A DNA stretch of 64,000 nucleotides, from positions 207,018,001 to 207,082,000 of the forward strand of contig NC_042998.1 of the NCBI RefSeq assembly GCF_006345805.1. Reading direction: 5' to 3'. Numbering within the stretch: position 1 is the stretch's first letter; each line of letters starts with the position of its first letter. Both the position numbers and the translations under genes were made by a program. Below, in pieces: positions 36,123-46,596 of the stretch. The notes below the pieces were generated by a model. That model did no database searches. It had not been told where the DNA came from and was given only the letters and a program-made list of their open reading frames with translations. This DNA comes from Octopus sinensis (taxonomy: Eukaryota).

Positions 36123-36251
36123 ACCAAACTACCGCCACCGCCTGAAACCAGCAGAGGAGAACCACTCCAGGCTCACCAGTGGACTAATTTCCTGGATGCG
36201 GATGGCAAGGTTACTAATATTGAGGAAGTGAAGAAAATTATATTTCGAGGT
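36123..36251 (+). CDS. TBC1D15: TBC1D15-like exon (TKLPPPPETSRGEPL...KKIIFRG)
   Basis: Pyrimidine tract then AG at 36121-36122; donor GTAAGT at 36252; 129 nt, phase 0 to 0; start of TBC domain (W..F.D..G.....K..IFRG). Confidence 0.92.
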
Positions 36252-36650
36252 GTAAGTGAATTGTTAAATTTGTTTCAGAGTGTAAAGAAGTGCTGATCTT
36301 TAACCATGGAGGGAACTTGGGGAAGAGCTAGACCCAGGATGACATGGGAAAGGGTGGCGAAGTGTGTACCGGGTGCTTTTTACATGGCACCGGCAGCAGT
36401 GTTTTTTATTTGGCACCATCCCAGTTGACCATCGAGTGTACCATGCTATTCCAGACCAGTGATAAGTGAATCAGTGTTAAACGAGGCTGCTTGTATGAAC
36501 ACTTTAATGTCTAACTCCATGCAAATAATGTCAAGTGACAACCGAGGGAATAATTTTGGGGATTCAGATTTTATAGTTTTTTTTTTTTTCTCCCCTAAAG
36601 TTTTTACCATTTTGATTTACCATGTTCTTCATCTTCTCCCCTAACTTTAG

Positions 36651-36754
36651 GGTATTGAACCTGCAATGCGTGTTGAAGTTTGGAAGTTTCTCTTAGATTA
36701 TTACAAATGGGACTCAACAAAGAAGAGTCGAGAGGAGGAACGGAAGAGAAAAGT
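36651..36754 (+). CDS. TBC1D15: TBC1D15-like exon (GIEPAMRVEVWKFLLDYYKWDST...RKRK)
   Basis: Acceptor ctttag ending 36650; donor GTAAGT at 36755; phase 0 to 2; R..VWKFLL motif. Confidence 0.95.
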
Positions 36755-37594
36755 GTAAGTTTTCTTTCTAATTAACTAATTGGAAATTATCATTTTATCA
36801 TAATAGCCCTACCACCCCTCCAATTATATTGTTTAATTAACTTGGTAAGATGAAGAGAATTTAGCTACTGTTTCTAGCAGATCAAGCAGTGATTTGCGTC
36901 ATAATGTTGCACACAGACCTCACCTGTTGACCATATATTCTCATTCTTGTACCTTGAGGGTGTCCCTCGACACCTCATCATCATCTTTTCCCTTTTCTTT
37001 CTTTCCAGCTTCTACAGCAAGACCCTTGTTCCTGTCCCTCTATCATAGTCTTTGTATGTTTATATGTGGTTAGTGTGGCCTCCTAGAATTTACAGATGGA
37101 CAGGAATATATCGGAAAATACAGAATGGAACATATTTAAATTGTCTCACTACATCTATGTAATTAAATAAAGTCTAAATCTGTTGAGACATGGTCTATTA
37201 ATGGAGTAAAGACTGTTTGCCAACATAACATGGCAGTCCTGGTTTAGGACGAATGTTGCTGTAATTTAGCCCCAGGAGACATCGATCTGTGTCCATACAC
37301 TTTTGAACAAGGGAATCTAGCACCCCCACTCAGCTCAAAACAATATCTGTGTATGGCGATTTTCGGGTTATTTCCCTTCATCAGCATAGAATAATTGTTC
37401 AGCTTAGAGGTGGCACTACCAAATTCCCATTTGAAATATATAGTTTTCAAAGTGACAACTAGTCACTGAACTAGCCACTGTCTCCTTTCTTGAGAAATTT
37501 GAAGCCAAAGTTATGTTACTGTCTTGTTTAAAAGTGAAAAGTTAATCTGTCGTTTTTCTTTTTGAATAACTGTTTGTTTGTTTTTTGTTTCCAG

Positions 37595-37689
37595 TGATGA
37601 TTATTTTAAAATGAAACTTCAGTGGAAAACCATAAGTGCAGATCAAGAAAGCCGGTTTACTAAACTAAAAGACAGCAAGACACTTATAG
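37595..37689 (+). CDS. TBC1D15: TBC1D15-like exon (DDYFKMKLQWKTIS...KTLI)
   Basis: Acceptor gtttccag ending 37594; donor GTGGGT at 37690; phase 2 to 1. Confidence 0.95.
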
Positions 37690-38272
37690 GTGGGTTGGCA
37701 TCGTTAGTTTAATCAGAGCATCACCTGAGGTTGATGATATTGTGTGCACAATTAAACCCATTAGATTATTGCTGCCGGTAGGTGGCGCATCAATCGTCAT
37801 AAAGTCAATCGGTTGTAAGTTGACGATGACCTGTATCCATATGTGTATTATATGTATATCATCATCTATATATATATACATATTTAATCTTTCTATTATA
37901 TGTAATTTTCTAGATGGTGTAATTTAATTTTTCATTTTGAATTGATAAAAGGTGGTTTTTTTCTTCTAATATATATATATCACATGATCACGTGACCGAC
38001 CAGACCATCTGATGTTTTTACACATCGCTGGTCACAATGCGTTCACATTGTTTTAGCCTTCGAATGACGCCACCCCGCTGGCTAAGCGAGCAGGCCAACA
38101 GAAGAAAGAGTGGGAGAAAGAGTGGTGAAAGAGTACAGCAGGGATCACCACCCCCTGCCGGAGCGTCGTGGAGCTTTTAGGTGTTTTCGCTCAATAAACA
38201 CTCACAACGCCTGGTCTGGGAATCGAAACCGCGAGTCCGCTGCCCTAACCACTGGGCCATTGCATTGCACCT

Positions 38273-38314
<42 letters not shown>

Positions 38315-38784
38315 TTTGGGAAATTTGATTTAGTATTTCTAAATTGAATTTTTCCCTGTAAGTTTGGAATAATATTCCCTCATTATTATTATTACATATA
38401 CATACATTCATATATATGGATCTCTTCTTGTCTGGGGGTCCCAGATGAACCTACCTCACAACAGGAGACGCAGATGCGGGCAGCGGCATCAAACTCCCTT
38501 GTTGATCAAGTGCCACATATCAGAGGTGGATTCACATATTAGTGTAGCTCATTCAGCGGTGGTGCCCCAGCATGGCCGCGGCCTTCGGGCTAAAACATTT
38601 TTACGGATTTAAGGATTTATATATATATTTCGCTTTTGTATCTGGTTTGCTGACAAAGTAGACTTGAAATGAAATGAAATGAAACCAGAGAAAGAAACGG
38701 GTGTATTTTATTATAAGTTTTCTTGATAGTGTCATGGAAACCCAATATTTGTGTAACTGATGACGTTTTTGTTTGTCTCTCCAG

Positions 38785-38901
38785 AAAAAGATGTGTCCCG
38801 AACCGATCGCACTCACAAATTCTTCGAAGGAGACGGAAATCATAACTTACAAGTTCTAAACGACATTCTCAGAACATACTGCATGTATAACTTTGATCTT
38901 A
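38785..38901 (+). CDS. TBC1D15: TBC1D15-like exon with Arg finger (EKDVSRTDR...YCMYNFDL)
   Basis: Acceptor ctctccag ending 38784; donor GTAAGT at 38902; phase 1 to 1; IxxDxxR motif completed across the junction. Confidence 0.96.
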
Positions 38902-39071
38902 GTAAGTTTGGAATTGTTTGCTTCAATATTTTGTCTTGTCTGGTTGCAGAAAATTCTGAAAGAAAGACCCAACCCCTACCCCACAAAAATTTAAAAAAAG
39001 ATATGAGGACAGATTTCAACCATTAGTGAAGTTCTGTTTTTAAGGTGTACCAGCAAGTCTTTATTAATAAT

Positions 39072-39722
39072 ACCTATTTCTTTATTACCCACAAGGGGCT
39101 AAACATAGAGGGGACAAACAAGGACAGACATAGGTATTAAGTTGATTACATCGACTCCAGTGCTTAACTGGTACTTATTTAATCGACCCCGAAAGGATGA
39201 AAGGCAAAGTCGACCTCGGCAGAATTTGAACTCAGAACATAAAGACAGACGAAATACATATTCAATTCTTTATTGCCCACAAGGGGCTAAACATAGAGAG
39301 GACAAACAAAGACAGACAATTGGATTAAGTCAATTATATCGACCCCAGTAACTGGTACTTATTTAATCGACCCCGAAAGGATGAAAGGCAAAGTCGACCC
39401 CGGCAGAATTTGAACTCAGAACGTAGCGGCAGACGAAATACCGCTAAGAATTTCGCCCGGTGTGCTAACGTTTCTGCCAGCTCGCATACATATTTCTTTA
39501 TTGCCCACAAGGGGCTAAACACAGAAGGGACAAACAAGGACAGACAAACGGATTAAGTTGATTACATTGACCCCAGTGCGTAACTGGTAATTTATCGACC
39601 CTGAAAGGATGAAAGGCAAAGTCGACCTCGGTGGAATTTGAACTCACAATGTAACGGCAGCTGAAATACCGCTAAGCATTTCGCCCGATGTGCTAACGAT
39701 TCTGCCAGCTCGCCGCCTTAAT
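39072..39722 (-). mobile_element. Three consecutive SINE family 2 copies
   Basis: Three ~200-230 nt reverse-complement units starting at ~39072, ~39265 and ~39493. Confidence 0.88.
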
Positions 39723-40499
39723 AATGCCATTGAGATGGAGTTCGCCAAGAAATCGTCTTTTAAGTGTCTGCCTCTCTGTGTTTGCATGGGTTAAACGATT
39801 GTAGTTGAGGTAGGTTTTCTACAACTCGATGCCTTTCCTGTTAACAACCTTCACTTGTTTTCAAGTGAGATGATAACCTACTTGTCTATTGATTCAGACA
39901 TGAGCAGCTGAATGTCTGGACATGTTTTCACATGAAATTGCTAAACAAATGATGCCATCTTGGTATGAATGGTAACTTTGTTTACAGTCAGTACAGAGTT
40001 ACATTGTTTTTCCAGATTTGCAAAACCTATAACTTGGTAAACACAAGAGAAAAATGAGTATAAGCTGGAAGAATTATAGAGTAGTTTCCAGGGATTACAA
40101 AGTAAATATATTTGGCCTCAAATATTGTTTAGCCCTTTTGATTCCAAGCCAACCTGGTTCTATAATACAAACTTACTTCTTAACCCCAAGATCCCGAGTT
40201 CGATTCCAGGCAGTGACTGAATAATAATAACAATAATAATAATAATAATAATAATATTAATAATATGGGTCCCACCTGCTAGGTCATGTGCTGTTAATCT
40301 TGATATGAGATCACCATGTCGCGCACATATGGTTGTGATGCATGTGCCTGGTGTACCCTTATCAGACGGGTAGTCATGATGGGTATACTGGGCTTTGTAT
40401 ATTTTACCCCAGTGTCACTTCGGTGGCATACACTGCTCTCTCACTCAATAGTAATAATAATAATAATAATAATGATATCGACAAACTTCCTTGTTTTAA

Positions 40500-40882
40500 C
40501 CCTTTCGTTACCAACCTGGCCAAATCGATTATATATAAGTTGATTATATTGACCCCAGTGCCTAACTGGTACTTAATTTATCGACTCCGAAAGGATGAAA
40601 GGCAAAGTCGACCTCAGTGGAATTTGAACTCAGAACGTAACGGCAGCCGAAATACCGCTAAGTGTTTCGCCTGATGTGCTAACGTTTCTGCCAGCTCTGT
40701 AATACAAATGTCTTGTTTTCATAAGTTTTGAATTAAAATCTTCCACCAAACCTTAGTCACAATTTGTGTTCCTAACACTAGCTTAATGATAATAACCAAG
40801 TTATTTTACTAAATTCTTTGTTATATTTAAAACAATTGAATGAAACACAGAGCATCTCAAGAGAAATATGGTAACGAAAGGG
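40500..40882. mobile_element. piggyBac-type MITE with an inserted SINE (~40525-40700)
   Basis: TTAA at 40496-40499 and 40883-40886; TIRs CCCTTTCGTTACC / GGTAACGAAAGGG. Confidence 0.85.
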
Positions 40883-41475
40883 TTAAAGTGTTTGCTAAAT
40901 TAAAACTTACCCATGAGATTTCATGTGAATTTATGTTTCAAACTCCAGTTTAATAATGACAGTTATTTTACTGAATTCTTCATTATTTTTTTTTAATTGA
41001 ATGAAACAAGTACTGTATATGGTAAAAAACCCAAAAGGGTTAAGTTACACTTTTCAATTCTACAACGGGCCCAAAACCTCAAATTTGCAGATTTTATTTC
41101 TGTTAATGCTGACTAAAGTGTAGCTGTTTCTCAAGTAATTGGTTTTTAGATTAACCCAACTTTCCTAATCTACTTTAACTCATGGCATCATAGATCAAAA
41201 TAATACTTACTTGGTTTGCAAGATTCTTTATGTGAATTTGTGTGTTGAAGCATATTTTATTGTGTCTGGGGAGAGTCATTCTCTTTTAGTACATTATTAA
41301 TTTAACATACTCACTGGTCTGATTTCCTCTCATTTTCACATAAATGAAAATAAATGAGTGGCAATCAGATTGGTGAGTGTGTTAAATTGATAAGACACTA
41401 AAAGACACGACTCTCCCTCAGACTCAATAACCAATACTTAAAATTTCTTCTAAAGTTGTCTCCCTTATTTTACAG

Positions 41476-41576
41476 GTTATGTTCAAGGAATGAGCGACTT
41501 GCTCTCTCCTATATTAGTAATAATGGAAAATGAGGTTGATGCCTTTTGGTGCTTCGCTGGTTTTATGGAAACTGTT
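41476..41576 (+). CDS. TBC1D15: TBC1D15-like exon with Gln finger (YVQGMSDLLSP...EVDAFWCF...ETV)
   Basis: Acceptor ttttacag ending 41475; donor GTAAGT at 41577; phase 1 to 0. Confidence 0.96.
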
Positions 41577-43794
41577 GTAAGTTTCTTTTCTTTGTGTAAA
41601 CTTTAAATTTATGCTTCAAAGGTTGAACCAGAGCTGCAGCTTGCCAAGGTTCTACGTGTCTTGTCTCCAGTGATAAAACTATTTTAATCCTATCATCATA
41701 CTGTCATCATCATCATCATCGTTTAACGTCCGTTTTCCATGCTGGCATGGGTTGGACGGTTTGACTGATGTCTGGAGAGCCAGTGGCTGCTCCAATCTGA
41801 TCTGGCAATGTTTCTACAGCTGGATGCCCTTCCTAACGCCAACCACTCTGAGAGTGTAGTGGGTGCTTTTTATGTGCCTCTGGCACAAGAGTCAATCAGT
41901 GGGTACTGACATCGCCATGTTCAGTTGGTGCTTTTTATGTGCCACCAGCATGGGAGCCAGTCAGGCGGATCTGGCATTGACCGAGTTCAAGTGATACTTT
42001 TTACGTGCCACCAGCACAAGAGCTAGTCAGGGGGAACTGGTCACAGCTACGATATTGGTTTAACTTGACTCAACGGGTCTTCTCAAGCATATCATACTGC
42101 CCGATGCATCTGGGTATTCTTAACAGGGCCAGTCATGCATGGCTGCAATCTCACATTAGTTGCCGAATCTTCTCAGTCGCAGCACATCTCCAAAGGTCTC
42201 TTGTCATGTTCCTGATATTATGGGAGTAGCATAAACGAAATCTCTTCTGGATTCCTGTTAAGAGATAAACTATTAAAAATAACCAACTGGTCCCATGTTG
42301 CAGCTTTGGGGTCAGCTGTGTTTAGGATTCATTACTTATGGGGTCCCACCATACCTGTTGTTTACTTTTGTTTTTAACCAAATAAAAAAAAAACGATTTT
42401 GCAATCAATCAAGCATGTGATAAACCCAGCACTTTGTTTTGTAAACATGCAAGGCCTACAGTTCTATGTTTAAGAGATGAGGAATTATGTACATTATTTA
42501 CATTTGACGGATATTTGTCCTCATCTTGTTTGTTGTTAACACCAGCCTTCATCGAGTGTCTTCGGGAAATTTCGAACCTGGGTTTTCATTCCTATGGTAT
42601 TTTTTTGATGTTGTTATTATTCATGTGGCATAGTGGTTAAGAATACGGGCTACTGACCCCAAGATTCCGGTGACCTGAATAATAATAATAATAATAATAC
42701 CAACAGTAACAACAACAACATTGAAAATTACCTTAGGAATGTGAACCCAGATTTGAAACTTTCCCAACACAGGCTGGAGAGTATATCAGCTGAAATGCTG
42801 TGTTAACAACAAACAAGATGAGGACAAATATCCATCAAATGTAAAAAATATGCAAGGCCTAGACTTTTTTTATTTATTTTTTTTTAATGCATTTGAGCAA
42901 ATTATTGGTGATATTTACTCTTTGGATGAAGAGCTTAGACTTACACTAGCAATAAGAGGGATTCAAACTGGTGAAAGAGATGAAGAAAGTAATGATCCAA
43001 GATAACAAATATGGCAGTTGAGAGAGAAAGGCCTATCATTGTTCTTCTCCTCAGTTTTTTGAGGATTCTGCTCATTGCTTTTCCTGCAGTCATTTCTCTT
43101 GAACTGTATGGGCGACTGATAGCATGTTGTCAACTTAATGTGACAGTCCTGTGAAAGGGAAGAATGCTACTGTTATTTAACCCTAGGAAACACCGTTTCC
43201 TGTTGGACTTGATTCATTTCCTGTGTCCTTATGTTTACAAAGGGGGAGACAAGCACCTCCACCCACCAAAGCCAGAATCTAGAGACTAGTTTCAGAGTCA
43301 TTGCTCATCATCAGTCTGGTGTAGCCTGGCTTGCTGGCTGTCGATGCCTATCCACCTTTGTAGACATATAATAATTCAAGTGAAATACATTCACTGATTT
43401 TTGAAATAGAAATAATATATTTCTACATCTCTGAGATTTATGCAGTAGCAGTATGATAATCTCTGAGAGATTTAGAAATGTGTCAAAGTCCAATAGGAAA
43501 CGGTATTTCCTAGGGCTAAATAACAGTAACATTCTTCCCTTTCATGGGACTGTCACATTAAATTGACAACATACTTTCACTTTATTGTGCTGCTACTGCA
43601 TAAATCTCTCTGAGAGATTTAGAAATGTATTATTTGTATTTTTTTGCTCAGGATTTCAGGTGAAGAGTAAAGTTAGACACAAGGGCCCGACTCTGAGTAG
43701 GTTAACTCTCTGTTAAATTATGTATTTGTTATGGGTGTATATAAAGTTATTTACCATATTTTGAGGTGTTTTTTTTTTTTTGTTTTGCTTTCAG

Positions 43795-43894
43795 TGTAGT
43801 AACTTCGAAATGGATCAACAAGGTATGAAAACGCAGCTGGCACAAATGCACACCTTGATGCAGTTTGTGGACCCTGAATTGTGCAGTTATCTTG
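43795..43894 (+). CDS. TBC1D15: TBC1D15-like exon (CSNFEMDQQGMKTQL...ELCSYL)
   Basis: Poly-T tract, ttcag ending 43794; donor GTAAGT at 43895; phase 0 to 1. Confidence 0.95.
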
Positions 43895-44038
43895 GTAAGT
43901 ATTTCTTAATACGATAGACCCCCCCCCCCCCTCTAGCTTTTCATCTTTCTCTTGTCGTAGCTGAACTTCATAATTGCTTTGAGAAATTAATTATAAACAA
44001 TGCAAGCTTAAAAATTCTTGAAGTAGTTTATTGTAAAA

Positions 44039-44437
44039 CTAGCAGTATCGCCCGGCGTTGCTCGGCTTTTTGTTTCGACCCTTTAGAATTGGAATTTTTG
44101 AAAAGTAAAAATTTTGCATTATGTAGCTTGTTATTCTCTTTAAGTGAACATTTTTCTGGTTCAAATACACTGAAAAATAGCAACACAGCAGTAAAAAAAA
44201 TCGTAAAAAAATAGGGATTTTCATTTTTAAAAAAAAGCACCTTTTTGATGTAAATAATTTTTGGTGTTAACATGGTCCGATTTGAATTTTTTCTTCTACG
44301 AAAGGAAGAGCAAGCCTTCTTCTATCATACTCTCAATTTTGGTCAACTTGCACCACAGGGTCTCGGAGGAGAAAGTGTTAGTTGAAGGCTACCAAACCTG
44401 CCACACACAGACAACTTCAGCTTTATATTTAGAGAGA
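44039..44437 (-). mobile_element. Non-autonomous Helitron-like element
   Basis: A|CTAGCAGTATCGCCCGGCGTTGCTCGG ... TTTATATTTAGAGAGA|T; same termini as 7474-7871 with a different core. Confidence 0.7.
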
Positions 44438-45190
44438 TTTGTTATTGCAGTTAAATAATAATAATAATATAATAATAAGCCTTTCTACTATAGACACAAG
44501 GCCTGAAATTTGGGGTGGGGGTTACAGTCGATTAGATTGACCTCAGTATATAACTGGTATTTAATTTATCGACCTCTAAAGGATGACAGGCTAAGTTGAT
44601 CTTGGTGGAATTTGAACTCAGAACATTCATGCATGGGTCATTGCCTGTGCAGCCTGACTGGCTCCCCGTGCCAGTGGCATGTAAAAGGAATCATCCGAAC
44701 GTGGATCTGTCTGTTGTAGACAGAGGAGAGTTTTGCAATTCCTTGCAAAATGATTCATTCAAAGCACAGGTTCTCAACCATTTTTTGCCTTTGTGGATCC
44801 ACTCCATTTCTTCTTTATTTCTTGCTGGACCATCATAGCCATTTGATGTCTATAAAAAAAATCCTGCTGTATTTTTATAATTTAATATTAGGAATTGTAT
44901 AAAAGGAATGTATTGTAGAAGCATAAACAATTTATAAGCCCTAAAATTCACTCCATGGTTGCCCATGGGCTTATAGTGTAGTGGTTAAGAACACAGGCTA
45001 CTAAACCCAAGATTCCGAGTTCGATTCCAAGCAGTGACCTGAATAATAGTTTACATCGTTGTTTAACGTCCGCTTTCCATGCTGGCACAGGTTGGATGGT
45101 TTGACTGAGGACTGGTGAGCCAGAAATAATAATATCCAAATAATAATATCGAAAAATGGGAATGAGAACCCAGGTTTGAAATTTCCCCAA

Positions 45191-45236
45191 GACACCTGAT
45201 GAAGGCTGGAGGGTATATCAGCCGAAACGTTGTGTT
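45191..45236 (+). ncRNA. Minimal type I hammerhead ribozyme motif (predicted)
   Basis: GACAC-CTGATGA-A-GGCTG-GAGGGTATAT-CAGCC-GAAA-CG-T-T-GTGTT: intact core, 5-bp stems I and II, palindromic ACGT helix III. Confidence 0.7.
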
Positions 45237-45988
45237 AACAACAGACAAGATGAGGACAAATATCCATCAAATGTAAATAATATAAATAATATAAATAATG
45301 CATAAGCAATTTATTGCACATAAATTCTAAAAACGAAATCTTCTCTGGACCCCCAAGGGTCATATGGGACGCATTTGAGAACCACTTGTTTAGAGCTGTA
45401 TATGAGTTCCCTCCATCCATGAAATTAACCGTGCCTCTACATTGTGCCACTCATCAAATGTCAGAAGTGACTGCAGAAGTGCTTTGCTCAACAACACAAA
45501 GCGCTGCCCAGACTGGGAATTGAAACCATAATCTTGTGATTGTGAGTGCAACACTAACTACTTGGCCAAGTGCCTTCATATTCTGTAGTATGCACACAGG
45601 TATTGTCTTGGTCTCACTATTGCTGGACACATCTTTGCCACCCTCTCTCTCATCATCATTTCCCTCTTTATCTTACTCACCAAATCTCCTTACCTTACTC
45701 TCAGACTCCATCTCCTTTCTCTTCCACCTGGGCTGTGTCCATCTACCTACAGCAAGGCACCCATCCGTGTCCCTCTTTACCTTTAATCTCTCAACTGACA
45801 CAAAGCCACCCACCACTTTAGCACTACTAAGCCGAAAGGTTCTTTGTCTTGCATGTTGCTTGGTGACCCTGGTGGTGCTGGTGCCACTTAAAATAGTACC
45901 CAGTAGACTGTAAGGTGGTTGGCATTAGGAAGGGAATCCAGGTGTAGAAACCACACCAAAACAGACAACGGAACCTGGTGCAGCTCCT

Positions 45989-46391
45989 GGCCTTACCAGC
46001 ACCAGGCCTTACCAGCACCAGGCCTTACCAGCACCTGGCCTTACCAGCACCAGGCCTTACCAGCTCCTGGCCTTACCAGCACCTGGCCTTACCAGCTCCT
46101 GGCCTTACCAGCACCTGGCCTTACCAGCACCAGGCCTTACCAGCACCAGGCCTTACCAGCACCAGGCCTTACCAGCTCCTGGCCTTACCAGCACCTGGCC
46201 TTACCAGCACCAGGCCTTACCAGCACCAGGCCTTACCAGCACCAGGCCTTACCAGCACCAGGCCTTACCAGCACCTGGCCTTACCAGCTCCTGGCCTTAC
46301 CAGCGCCTGGCCTTACCAGCACCAGGCCTTACCAGCACCTGGCCTTAACCAGTTCCCGGCCTTACCCAGCTCCCAGCCATACCCAGCTCCT
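45989..46391 (+). repeat. 16-bp minisatellite GGCCTTACCAGC(A/T)CC(A/T), 22 regular plus ~3 degenerate units
   Basis: Period of 16 from 45989 to 46340; embedded in an RTE-like 3' fragment. Confidence 0.95.
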
Positions 46392-46498
46392 GTCAAACCA
46401 TCCAACCCATGCCAACATGGAATAACGGATGATGATGATGATGATTATACTACAAAATGTTTTGAGATTTTGACATTATTTTTGTTCTTAAATTTCAG

Positions 46499-46596
46499 AG
46501 AGCCATGATTCAGGGAATTTCTATTTTTGTTTCCGTTGGTTATTGATTGTCTTCAAACGAGAATTTAGTTTCCCAGATATACAGAGATTATGGGAG
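46499..46596 (+). CDS. TBC1D15: TBC1D15-like exon (ESHDSGNFYFCFRWLLIVFKREFSFPDIQRLWE)
   Basis: Acceptor atttcag ending 46498; donor GTACTG at 46597; phase 1 to 0; strongly conserved TBC C-terminal motif. Confidence 0.96.

Noticed and set aside
36696-36698. Asp (GAT) where human TBC1D15 has Gly (WKFLLGY), also restorable by A-to-I editing
   Set aside because: The 5' neighbour is G, which ADAR disfavours, and this position is less invariant across TBC proteins. Worth a glance in RNA-seq only.
45919-46508. 168- and 176-aa repetitive ORFs (PYQHQALPAPGLTST)
   Set aside because: They arise from the stop-free 16-bp minisatellite; no evidence of a gene.
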